Source: a virus
Taxonomy: Duplodnaviria; Caudoviricetes
Direction: 5' to 3' (one strand)
DNA length: 50,278 nucleotides
Virus record (IMG/VR): IMGVR_UViG_3300025082_000010
Span: 1 to 50,278 of that record
The notes beneath the pieces are model-generated. The model did not search any database. It saw nothing but the letters and a program-made list of their open reading frames with translations, and was not told the origin of the DNA. The position numbers and the translations under genes were made by a program. Position 1 is the stretch's first letter. The number at the start of each line of letters is the position of its first letter. Below are positions 8,846-18,963 of this stretch, in pieces.

Positions 8846-9130
8846 TATGAACTACGCAGAAACAAAAAAGAGACGAACAGAGCTGAAAAACAAGCTTGAA
8901 CACTGGACGGGTAGAGTACAAGAACGTACGGAGCTGGTCGACAAAATACAATCAGACATTAAAGAGAAAATGAAAATGTTTTCTAACGCTGACCAGCTAA
9001 CACACGCGGAAACATCACAACTACAGGCCGATCTATTACAGCTTAAAAAAGATCAAAGCAAGGCAACCCAAATGCTTTCTAAAGCAATGGATTTGAAGGA
9101 AGAGACACAAGAGAAACTGCTAAAATTGTC

Positions 9131-9472
9131 ATGAAACACAGCGATCTATACTTACATTTAAGAGAGCATATAACAGATGAGACATGGCAAAAGGTAGAAG
9201 ATATCATGACGTATTTCGGCACTTATTGGGAGGATCTAAAATCACATAGAAACCATTCAGTCAACACTTTGAAGTATATACATATTCGATATGCTAGGTT
9301 TTTAATCATACATTACCTACATAAAGAGTATAGCGTGCCGTTTAGGTTGCTAGCATCAATATTGTTCTCAGGATATAACTATAGATCATATTCTTACATT
9401 AGTCGTTGTGTAAACACAATGTTTACCAGACACATGTTTATAGAAAGATTTTACAAAGGATTAATAGAATAA
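9131..9472 (+). CDS. Hypothetical protein, possibly DnaA domain IV-like HTH
   Basis: YARFLIIHYL...PFRLLASIL resembles the AR..AMYL....SL..IG pattern. Confidence 0.35.
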   Translation: MKHSDLYLHLREHITDETWQKVEDIMTYFGTYWEDLKSHRNHSVNTLKYIHIRYARFLIIHYLHKEYSVPFRLLASILFSGYNYRSYSYISRCVNTMFTRHMFIERFYKGLIE

Positions 9473-9635
9473 CACACGCACCCACATAGACGGCTTGGGT
9501 GCTCTAACTAAAATAGGATTATGGATGAATATACATTAATGATAATATCCCTTAGTGCCTACTGGTTCATGGCAGGGTTTATTTGGGGGCAATTAAAAGA
9601 AAGATGGGACGAATGGGAAACAAAACGACAATAAT

Positions 9636-9803
9636 ATGCTAGGATTAATGGATGAAATGCCTGTAGGCAAATATAAAGGGGTGACAATAGAAGAGATAAT
9701 ACTAGAAGATGTTGACTATATCCATTGGGCTATTGATAACATTGACTGGTTTGAGGGCGAATTAACAGAAGAGGTTTTTGATTTTATTGAAGATGAGGCA
9801 TGA
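9636..9803 (+). CDS. Small MPxGKYKG-motif protein (DUF3820/ExoX C-terminal-like, 55 aa, not in ORF track)
   Basis: Manual translation MLGLMDEMPVGKYKGVTIEEIILEDVDYIHWAIDN... Confidence 0.6.
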   Translation: MLGLMDEMPVGKYKGVTIEEIILEDVDYIHWAIDNIDWFEGELTEEVFDFIEDEA

Positions 9804-10482
9804 AGTTAAAGAAGCAGATGAGGTTAATGGTAGCATATTTATTACAGACAGAAGACAAAGAGGTAATAGAATCTTATACCAAAACGTTCTGTAATATTGC
9901 TATAGAGTATTATCAAGACAAAGTAAAAAAACAAAACAATAAGACATGAAAGCATACACAATGATATCTACGGATTTTACCGTATCTAGCAATCAAGTAA
10001 AAGAAATCTTTTTAGAAGCGATGGTTAAAGAGGGACAGATAACAAAAGAACAACAAGACGCAATGAATAATTATTGTATTACTGTTGTTGAGAAAGGGTT
10101 CTTCGGTAAGTTGTGGGACAAATTATGGAGTGATAGCGAGGATAATTATTTTAATATTGTAGTTGTAAAAATAGTAGAATAAGTAAAATAGATGAATAAT
10201 TATGGAAGATGAAATACAAGAGTTAATCGACGTTTATGGAATGTTTTTATCGATTAATTATCAATGTCGTAATGAGTTGTTTTATATTCAAATTTATGAC
10301 CTAGAATCATCAACAGAGTTTTTTGGATATGATATTTACGGTTATAAAACTTATAAAGAAGCTCTTGATTTTGGGTATTCTTTAGTGATGAATTTAGCTG
10401 GAGATATTCAGAAAGAAGTAGATAAGGTAATAAAATCGATAGAAATATAACCAAATGTAAAAACTATTCGTATATTTGTACA

Positions 10483-10575
10483 GGTGATTAATTTGAATGT
10501 GAGTAGAGGCTCATTGAAATTAGTCACCGAAATTACCAAACCCTAATACTCCTCTACAGTGTTAGGGTTTTTTTT
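10483..10575 (+). ncRNA. Candidate structured RNA: two hairpins with complementary loops, ending in a terminator
   Basis: TATATTTG box at 10471-10478; hairpin 10483-10528 (loop GTAGAGG); hairpin 10538-10570 (loop CCTCTAC) plus T-run. Confidence 0.6.
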
Positions 10576-11490
10576 GGTCTATACCTTAAAAAACTCAACT
10601 CACAAATTAAAGACTTAGCCAAAATGGCTATTCAATGCGGTACGTTATCGCTGGTAATACGGAGTAAACCCTATACCACTACTATAGGAAACCATCTTCT
10701 CGATATTGGGGAGATGGTCTTATTTGATATTCTTTAGTACGGGAATTAAAATACTTACCGAAACCTAGCATATAGTTAGGCTTCTTATGATCAAGGGGCG
10801 AGAAACTCTCCGTTGTAAGAAGTAGGCTCAAGGAGACAGGGGCAGGCCAAATGCAAAGAGGATGGCTGGAAGGGGATGCAAGGTAACGCAGTGAGCATCC
10901 AAAACCTCTAAGTCTGTACATTGTTGTTATCTTGTAGTACAGATGTTTGATAAAGGGCGTAGCTCAAGGCGTAAGCAATTATCGAAACACATTAATTTTT
11001 TTACTAAGGGATTAATGTGTTTAAACAGAACGAAACTAAGACGAAGCAATTAACTAAACAACAATAAGATGAAAGCAACAGACATACAACGCATAATAGC
11101 AAGCACAAACGCACAATCTGCAAGTAAGGAAATATCGGATATAATAAACAACAAGATGAGTCACGATTACACGCTCATGATTAACGAGGTTTATCAAATA
11201 CTTGGCAAGTATGGCCCTGACAGGGAAGATATTAAAACAGACTTTAGAAAACTATGTGAACACTATAAAACTAAACAACAATAAGATGATAGTAACAGTA
11301 ATAAACTGGAGTGCAATATATGCCCCTATCAAGGAATATGTAAAGAGGCTATGGATAACAAAACGAGCATATAAAGGATACTGTGAGTATATTAGTGCTG
11401 TAAGAGGCAAGCCAAAACCATATAGCGAGTTTAAGAACTTTGAATTATGGAAGATCGAAACAGGTTATAACGCATACAAACATAAATAGC

Positions 11491-11967
11491 ATGAATTTAG
11501 ATAAAGCAATAGACGGAGCTGATAAGCTCATGAACACAGTAGGCAATCAGATAGACCAGAACACAGAATCAAAGCAAGATAGACGGCATAGGTTAGATCT
11601 TACCAGCCCTTTTAAACTACCTCACCTTATTAGACCTCTAATATTAGCAGGTACATTTATTTTGTTTGCCATGAGTGTAATTTGGGCGTTTGCAATAGCT
11701 ACGATTTTGATTAGTAAAGTAGGCATAGCAGAAACAGGCAACCAAATGCTTTCTACTGATTCAATTATATTATACCTCCTAGGGGCTACAGGTACAGCTT
11801 TTGCTACTCCGTGTGGATTCTATTACAACTCACGTAAAAACGAGAAGATTAACGCCAACAAAGCAAAAGCAGCTATAGAAATTGAAGAGATAAAACTAAA
11901 ACAGCAGATCAAAACAGATAGGATTGAAGCTAGAAGAGATCGAAGGGATAAAAGAAAAGACAAATAA
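11491..11967 (+). CDS. Holin-like membrane protein (resembles GTA 3TM holin family)
   Basis: D..S....LIRP followed by hydrophobic helices, GFYYNSR..EK and a basic tail. Confidence 0.5.
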   Translation: MNLDKAIDGADKLMNTVGNQIDQNTESKQDRRHRLDLTSPFKLPHLIRPLILAGTFILFAMSVIWAFAIATILISKVGIAETGNQMLSTDSIILYLLGATGTAFATPCGFYYNSRKNEKINANKAKAAIEIEEIKLKQQIKTDRIEARRDRRDKRKDK

Positions 11968-11970
11968 TAA

Positions 11971-12021
11971 TTGCATGTACGTAACATTTGTATTATGTTT
12001 ACGTTATAGTAAGTAAGACAC
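11971..12021 (+). promoter_or_regulatory. 51-bp repeated promoter/operator, copy 1
   Basis: TTG-N5-ACGTAACATTTGT-N2-TATGTTTACGTT...TAAGACAC; also at 30305 and 44228. Confidence 0.75.
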
Positions 12022-12918
12022 TAATTAATAACACTATGAAAATTGTACAAATAGAGCGATTGCAAGAGACGGTAAGAGAGGATTATACATTAATAACCTT
12101 TAGAACATGGTGGGGTAAAGAGTTTTCTGAAATTTGTATTACTCCAAACTGGGGCATAGGGACTGATTTTGCTAGTAGTGGAATGAGTATAGGTGTAAGC
12201 CTTTGGCCTGTCGTTAAGGGTTTTTTAAATACCAGTGATAAAATGCATAATTACAGAAGAAGACCAGTAAATACATTAGCATCATTAGAAGAATAAAGCA
12301 CTATGACACAAGGAGATAAATACGAGTACAACACCCAATACAGAGAGCAGTATATCTTAGAGGTGAAAAGCTACAATGATAAGAGCATTAAATTTAAGGC
12401 CATGTATAAACATCCTGAGGATGGAGATTCTTTTAATCTTGACATACCACAAGATATATTAAGGAAGATGATTAAGCGCAACAACATAAGACTAATAACA
12501 GAATGAAAGTATTAAAAAAGATTTACAGATTCTTTGAAAAAGCATGGCTATTAGCATTAGGACTAATAGCCGTTACAATAGGAGAGATGATCAGAAATGA
12601 TATTCACTGGACTTGGTTATTCTTGCCTGTATCATACCTAGCATTCACAGTTTACAACAACTTAACAAAAAATAATGAATCTAGAAGAACTTAAAAAGGA
12701 TAGCATCCCAAATAGAAACTTCTTCGTGAAATACTCAAACCACATTTTTACGTTTAAAAACCTCTTTAAATATACTGTAATTTATGAGATGAAGGATGAA
12801 AACAAAACAATAACGATATATGGGAAAATAGAGTATAGGAGTGATTTAAATATGAAAGAAACGTTAAAAAATCTAGTATTCGAACTAGAAGAAATTACAC
12901 ACATAGACATAAAAAACA

Positions 12919-13287
12919 ATGATTAGTTTAATATTAATAATCCTATCCTCCTTCTTTAACGCTATAATGGATCTATCCAGTGAAGGAAAGTTGAAAGATA
13001 AGTATAACAAAAATAAGACTTGGGAGAATAAATATAAGGAAGGTACTTTACAGCCTAAGTTCTTTGGGTCTACTTCGTGGCTTGTATGGACTACTGATCT
13101 CTGGCACCTTACAAAGATGCTTATGATAGTGTGCTTGATTGGCTCTATTGTATTTTACTCACCTCTTACACAATGGGGAAATGATGCGCATTACTACTAC
13201 AAGGCTCTAGATGCTTTCTTGTATCTCTTTGCGTGGCATGTAATGCATGAGGGAGTAAGAAAGGTTTATAAGTGGGTTAATAGGTAA
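12919..13287 (+). CDS. Membrane protein, hypothetical
   Basis: Several hydrophobic segments; TDLWHL motif. Confidence 0.6.
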   Translation: MISLILIILSSFFNAIMDLSSEGKLKDKYNKNKTWENKYKEGTLQPKFFGSTSWLVWTTDLWHLTKMLMIVCLIGSIVFYSPLTQWGNDAHYYYKALDAFLYLFAWHVMHEGVRKVYKWVNR

Positions 13288-13346
13288 CGAACGATCTGGC
13301 TAAACGTCTGCGGCTGAAAGGAGTTGCGTTTTAGCTCGTGTTAGCT
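13282..13346 (+). repeat. attC-like palindromic site S4
   Basis: GGTAAC(stop)GAAC-gatctg-GCTAAA ... TTTAGC-tcgt-GTTAGCT. Confidence 0.7.
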
Positions 13347-13562
13347 TTTCGTTTATCATATACCACAAATTTAATAAAATGGACTTACTGAAACGTAAAA
13401 TAAAAAGTTGGGATTTCACCGATAGTAGTGAGTGGAAGATAAATAGATGTGCTTCTAAATATCAACGTAAATTAATAAAGAAGATGTACCGAAGACTTAA
13501 GAGGTCAGTAAAAGGACACGAAAAAAGGGAAATAAAGAGATACTTAGACAATGAATGCTAAC
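13340..13562 (+). mobile_element. Putative gene cassette C3 (basic 60-aa ORF 13379..13561)
   Basis: Ends GTTAGC / GCTAAC; ORF stop is the TAA of TAAC. Confidence 0.65.
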
Positions 13563-13626
13563 GCCGCTTGTATACCAGCTTGAGCGACGTACGAGGTACG
13601 AGTATGGGGTATACAATTTGTTAAGC
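13556..13626 (+). repeat. attC-like palindromic site S5
   Basis: TGCTAAC-gccgc-TTGTATACC ... GGTATACAA-ttt-GTTAAGC (fits GTTRRRY). Confidence 0.75.
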
Positions 13627-13902
13627 AAATAGAAAAGATGAAAGAAGTAAAAGAAGAGTTAGTAAGCTATGAGCTTGCAGTGATGTTGCAAAAAGCAGGG
13701 TTTGATGGTTTTGTACATAATTACTATTGCTCAGTAAAAGGGCTACAGGAAAACCAAGATCTAAGCAATTACAATAGTGATGACCATTGTTTTGGTGTAT
13801 ATTCAGCACCAACGCTTTCACATGTTCAAACATGGCTGCGAGTGGTGTATATTCAGCACCCAAACTTAGGATAATTAAAGAAGAACTTAACTTAATAGAA
13901 AA

Positions 13903-14652
13903 ATGAATGAGTTTATAATCATAAAAACTATCGAGGTTTCGGCACTAGAAATAACGGCGCAAGGGATGATTGCTGAAAACAAACAAAGGGAAATTGAAGG
14001 CGCTTCGATGGCTTACACTGAGGAAGACTTTGTGTTGATAGCTAAGCAAATCCAGGATGTTGCACAACAAATCAGGTTAAAAAAAAATAGAACTATGAAA
14101 ACTATTTGGAAAGAAAAAGATGTAGTCATGTTGGGCACTAGCGATCAAAACTGCCCTATCTTTAAGCATCCGACAGAAGAGAAGCTTAGGGTTGGGCTTG
14201 GCGTTCAAAACCACGAACCCCTACATCCTCGTGATAGATCACAACACCTCTACATCCTATCAGATGAGGAGATAAAAGAGGGTGATTGGTACTATTCGAG
14301 TTTGGACATATGTAGTAGAGATGATCGAGGGATTAGGAATTTCATGCCAGAACCAGAGGATTTAAAGTATTCTAAAAAGATCATAGCAACTACTAATCCG
14401 AAACTACTAACTACTCGGATTAGTGTTGACCAAGATTTCAATGAATCTTACATACCTGTACCACAAGTACCTCAATCATTTGTGGAGTTATTTGCTAAGG
14501 AGCAAGGTATTGATAAGGTGTTGGTGGAGTATAAAGAAACAGGGATTTCTCAAGAAAGAGGAGGTAGAACAGTCGGAATGACAACAGAATCATACGGATT
14601 TAAGCAAGCACTCAAACTAACCAACAACGAGATAAACATTAAACTAATATAA
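13903..14652 (+). CDS. Hypothetical protein, probably two fused phage modules
   Basis: GMIAENKQR..AY.EEDF module, then internal MKTIWK and LYILSDEEIKEGDW...KIIATT module. Confidence 0.55.
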   Translation: MNEFIIIKTIEVSALEITAQGMIAENKQREIEGASMAYTEEDFVLIAKQIQDVAQQIRLKKNRTMKTIWKEKDVVMLGTSDQNCPIFKHPTEEKLRVGLGVQNHEPLHPRDRSQHLYILSDEEIKEGDWYYSSLDICSRDDRGIRNFMPEPEDLKYSKKIIATTNPKLLTTRISVDQDFNESYIPVPQVPQSFVELFAKEQGIDKVLVEYKETGISQERGGRTVGMTTESYGFKQALKLTNNEINIKLI

Positions 14653-14657
14653 AAATC

Positions 14658-15167
14658 ATGAATAAATTTGGTAAAGCAAGCGCGCGAAACATCGCCACGG
14701 TACACAGTATACTACAAACACTAGCTTACAGGACACTAGAAAAGGTATCTACAAAACACTCATGGATAGACATGACAGTTTTAAAAAGTGGGGGTCTTCG
14801 TACAGCAATGGAGCAAAACGCGCTATTCAAAGAGAACCCACCGAAAACATCACTAGACGGCTATTCCAAAAAGAGCTATCATCAGTCAGGTTTAGCAATT
14901 GACCTAGTGCCATATCTTGACGGTCGAGCAGATTGGAGCAATGCAGAAGCCTTTTTATTGATCGCTGAGGCTGGTCTGGAAGTCTGGGAGGAAATGAAAG
15001 AAGAGGGACAGACGAGTATTTACTTTCTCCATTGGGGCGGCTTTTGGGGCGCTAAGGATTTAAACGATAATGGCCTGCTTGATGTTGATGATAAGCAAGG
15101 CTGGGACAGGCCACACTGGGAGCTTAGGACGTATGAGCAGACAAGGGGAGTTATGCCTATTTGGTAA
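14658..15167 (+). CDS. Endolysin, M15-family (L-Ala-D-Glu-type) peptidase
   Basis: GLRT..EQ, SYHQSGLAIDL, WGGFW, DRPHWEL zinc-peptidase motifs. Confidence 0.88.
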   Translation: MNKFGKASARNIATVHSILQTLAYRTLEKVSTKHSWIDMTVLKSGGLRTAMEQNALFKENPPKTSLDGYSKKSYHQSGLAIDLVPYLDGRADWSNAEAFLLIAEAGLEVWEEMKEEGQTSIYFLHWGGFWGAKDLNDNGLLDVDDKQGWDRPHWELRTYEQTRGVMPIW

Positions 15168-15229
15168 CATCCGTATAAAACAGCCTGCGCAACGTCGAGG
15201 AACGAGATGGGTTTTATATTATGTTAAAG
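15162..15229 (+). repeat. attC-like palindromic site S6 (solo)
   Basis: TGGTAAC (endolysin stop)-atccg-TATAAAAC ... GTTTTATA-ttat-GTTAAAG. Confidence 0.7.
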
Positions 15230-16430
15230 ATTAGATTATGAAAGAACAACATTACAATTTTGACCCGTCAATATGGGGGGTAAGATTTAAAGAAGAGGGG
15301 AATAGTATCACGTGTATAATTAAGTCAAAACACGAGGATATAATAAAATGCTGTCACGACTATACACAGTATGATATAAATAAGCATGATATGAGAAAAC
15401 AACTGTTATTAGAGGCTATGGTAAAATACTACGATAGAGAGATGAGAGAGTATATTGATTCAAAACAATTGTAATGAAAGCACAGCCTGAATTAGATCTA
15501 TTTTTGGAGCCGTATTTATCAAACATAATAACGGCACACAATACTCATCAATCTAATAGATACCAACCAAAAATTAAACTTGACATGAATTGTCCATACC
15601 TACTAAATCATCGCCCTTTACCAGTTCCAGAAGTACATTTTAGTAATAATGATCTAGAAACTAACCATAGGATTGAGAAATATGAACCTATAATATGTCA
15701 GGACTGGTCTAGAGAATATGGTGATGATCTAACATATGAAGAGAAAAGAGATCTTGATAATTTTATGAATGAGTTGGGGGAGTTTACAAAGGTGAGGGAA
15801 GAAGTAAAAAGCAAGCGTTTTGATATAGATTGGTGGGAAAAGAATATAGTATGGTTTTTTGCGAGTAGTATAACTTTTTTCCTTTGGCTATTATATTTTA
15901 GCGCTAGTTATTAAAACCAAGCAAAGATTAGGAATTTATTGTATATTTACGTAAAGACATGAAAACACTATCAAAAATAACATCTCTAAAACAATATGTT
16001 GAGTATGGAAACATGCTTGAGGTGCTTGGAGATCTAAAAGAACTTACAGAAGAACAGGATAAGCAGATTGAAGAGCTAGAAATGCTTATAAATGAGTATA
16101 ATCATAGTTACTTTTTCACGAAAGAAGAAATTGTTTGGAAGAATCGTGTTGATGATGTGTTGAGTAAAATGATAAGGTAAAGACATGAAGATGGATTTAA
16201 TTAAGATGGATTTGAAAATGGGATCATTTAAAAGCAATGGATCAACGAGGAAACCTGAACCTTTCGAGTATAAGACAGAGATAGAGATGGTGGAGACTGA
16301 TAGATCGTGTGATAAAATTGATTGCACGTTCAATATTTACGAAGAAAAAAGGTGCTTCAATGAACAGACACATAAAGAATGTGATAGAAGAGAAGTAAAA
16401 TAATTTAAAAACCTAAACTAAAAGGCAGTT

Positions 16431-16811
16431 ATGGGAGCAGAGAAAGGAAATAGATACGCAGAAAAACACAATTTAGAAGAGTGGGAAAAGATTTTTAATG
16501 AAATATATGATAACGCTGCAAAGGGTAAATACAATAGCCTGCAAGATGCTTGGATAAGTAACGGGGTTAGACAAAGTACAGCTACTTGGTTGTGTGACAA
16601 GTATGAAGTATTGGCAAGTATTAAAAAAGATATTGCATCAGCGATCATTAGAGAGATCAATGATAGGGGTTTAACTGGTGACTATAACCCTGCAATGTGT
16701 ATTTGGAGAAACAAGCAACTAGGGGAGAAAGATACGCAATATCAGGAGCAGAATATTGTAGTAAAAGAGTTCGACCTAGACAAAACCCTAAAAGGATTTA
16801 TAGGTGATTAA
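16431..16811 (+). CDS. terS: Terminase small subunit
   Basis: MGAEKGNRYA N-terminus, overlaps TerL start. Confidence 0.7.
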   Translation: MGAEKGNRYAEKHNLEEWEKIFNEIYDNAAKGKYNSLQDAWISNGVRQSTATWLCDKYEVLASIKKDIASAIIREINDRGLTGDYNPAMCIWRNKQLGEKDTQYQEQNIVVKEFDLDKTLKGFIGD

Positions 16812-18132
16812 AGGCACTCCAAAACAAAAAGAGTGCTTTAAGGTTTTACTAGACAAAGAGACAAAGACAATCGCATACGGCGGGGCCGCTGGAGGGGGTA
16901 AGTCTTTTTTAGGATGTTTCTGGCTGTTTGTTATGTGTAAAGCTTACCCAGGTACAAGATGGTTTATAGGTCGCCAAGAGTTAAAGCGTATACGACAATC
17001 AACACTTATATCATGGTCAAAGTTGTGTCAATTAATAGGGTATTCTGAATATTCGTTAAACGGTAAAGACAATTTTATTAAACTAGATAATGGGTCACAT
17101 ATTGATTTACTTGATTTAGAATATAAACCTTCAGATCCTTTGTATGAAAGATTTGGTTCGTTAGAATATACAGGAGGATGGATTGAAGAAGGTGGAGAAA
17201 TAAACTTTGGTGCGTATGATGTTCTTAGAACCCGAATAGGTAGGCATTTGAATAAGGAGCTAGGTATAACATCAAAGATTCTAGTAACATGTAACCCTAA
17301 GAAAAACTGGCTTTATTCAGAGATATATGTTAAATGGAAGCAAGGACGTTTACCTTCTCACACCAAGTTTATTCAGGCTTTTGTACAAGATAATGAGCAT
17401 GTAGGAGAAGATTACATTGATAACCTTCAATCGATTAAAGATAAGGCTACCAAAGAAAGGCTGTTGTTAGGTAATTGGGAATATGACGATGATCCTAGTG
17501 CTTTGTTTCAATACGATAACATTTTAAACAGTTTCTCCAATACTTTTATAACACAGAAAAATGCAAAATCATACCTAACATGTGACGTAGCTAGATTTGG
17601 TAAGGATAAAAGCGTTATAATGTTGTGGCGTGGGTTTCATTGTTATAAAATAATTAAGATAGACAAGAACTCAATAACCGAACTTGCAGACATTATCAAA
17701 GGGCTTATGAGAAAAGAAAGGATACCTCTGTCAAATGTAATATGTGATGAAGATGGTGTAGGAGGTGGGGTAGTCGACATACTTAAATGCAAGGGGTTTA
17801 TTGCTAATAGTAGGCAAATAGACAGGAAATCAAACAAACAAAACTTTAACAACCTAAAATCACAATGTGCTTTTTCTCTCGCTCAACAATACGAAGAAAA
17901 CAAATACTACATAGAATGTTCTACAGCAGATCAAGACATTATTACAGAGGAATTAGAAGTAGTAAAAGACGCAGGTTTCGACGACGACAATAAGCAAAGA
18001 ATAACTCCAAAAAAGGAAATGAAGGATATAATTGGGCGGTCACCTGATTATTTTGATACTATCAATATGCGTGAATGGTTTAATGTAAAAGAAACGAGGA
18101 AACCAAAAAAAGCGGGAATTACTACATATTAA
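16804..18132 (+). CDS. terL: Terminase large subunit
   Basis: YGGAAGGGKS Walker A, WIEE Walker B, TCNP motif III, DVARFGKD and SPDYFD nuclease motifs. Confidence 0.95.
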   Translation: MIKGTPKQKECFKVLLDKETKTIAYGGAAGGGKSFLGCFWLFVMCKAYPGTRWFIGRQELKRIRQSTLISWSKLCQLIGYSEYSLNGKDNFIKLDNGSHIDLLDLEYKPSDPLYERFGSLEYTGGWIEEGGEINFGAYDVLRTRIGRHLNKELGITSKILVTCNPKKNWLYSEIYVKWKQGRLPSHTKFIQAFVQDNEHVGEDYIDNLQSIKDKATKERLLLGNWEYDDDPSALFQYDNILNSFSNTFITQKNAKSYLTCDVARFGKDKSVIMLWRGFHCYKIIKIDKNSITELADIIKGLMRKERIPLSNVICDEDGVGGGVVDILKCKGFIANSRQIDRKSNKQNFNNLKSQCAFSLAQQYEENKYYIECSTADQDIITEELEVVKDAGFDDDNKQRITPKKEMKDIIGRSPDYFDTINMREWFNVKETRKPKKAGITTY

Positions 18133-18191
18133 TTAAATATTTTTTGCATATTTGGGAAAATGTGTTATTAATTATATAAAAATATTGAAAT

Positions 18192-18815
18192 ATGGCTAAT
18201 CCAGTATGTGCATGTCCAGATGATGGAATAATCGGAGCTTTAGGTGAGCAATCATGCGGTTTTACTCTACGGCAAGTATCGGGCTTAATGTTCATGATCA
18301 AGGGGCAAACTTGGACAGACGGAACAGTACCAGCAACAGACATTCAAGAACTAGCAGCTTGGACAACAAGAGAAGCAGCAGCAGACGTCACAAAAATACA
18401 GGTGTTGCAAAACGTTTCATCCTTCTTAATCAATGGTTCGGAGTCTATTAATGTAGCACCTGACACCAACGATACACCAGAGGGAAAACAAATAAATCTT
18501 TCTGAAACTACTCAAATTGCTACTTGCATGGTAAGAGATTTGCCTATTGGAATGATTGATACAATCAAAGCTCTTGAGTGTAAGGATGATTTAAGCGTGG
18601 TTTTCTTGACAAGCAATTCAGCAACGGGTATTGTAGATGCTGGTGTTTCATTCGATGGAATTAGTATTGATTCGTTTTTCTGTGGGTCTCCTTCATTGGG
18701 TGGTAAGACAGAAACAAACAACACTAACATAACATTTAACATGGCGTCTGATTGGTACAGTTCAATGGCTCAAGAGTCTGTGAACTTCAATCCATTATCT
18801 GTAAGCAATACTTAA
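18192..18815 (+). CDS. Virion structural protein, possibly tail tube
   Basis: 207 aa, acidic, beta-rich, first gene after TerL; no other tube candidate seen. Confidence 0.4.
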   Translation: MANPVCACPDDGIIGALGEQSCGFTLRQVSGLMFMIKGQTWTDGTVPATDIQELAAWTTREAAADVTKIQVLQNVSSFLINGSESINVAPDTNDTPEGKQINLSETTQIATCMVRDLPIGMIDTIKALECKDDLSVVFLTSNSATGIVDAGVSFDGISIDSFFCGSPSLGGKTETNNTNITFNMASDWYSSMAQESVNFNPLSVSNT

Positions 18816-18963
18816 GATATGGCTGAGGATAAGGTAAAACTAAGTCTTAGAGGCGTGGACTATTCAATAGGGATAGTTCTCGCTCAAAGGATTCTTTCTA
18901 GTCCAAACAACTTAAGAGATCCACAAGGTTACAAATTGAATGATGATAAATATACCCTAAATA

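Noticed and set aside
9470-9510. TAAC plus GCACCCA...TGGGTGC hairpin as another attC-like site
   Set aside because: No closing GTT core; simple stem-loop
10954-11030. GGGCGTAGCTCA resembles a tRNA 5' end
   Set aside because: No T-arm (GTTCGA), anticodon arm or matching acceptor stem follows
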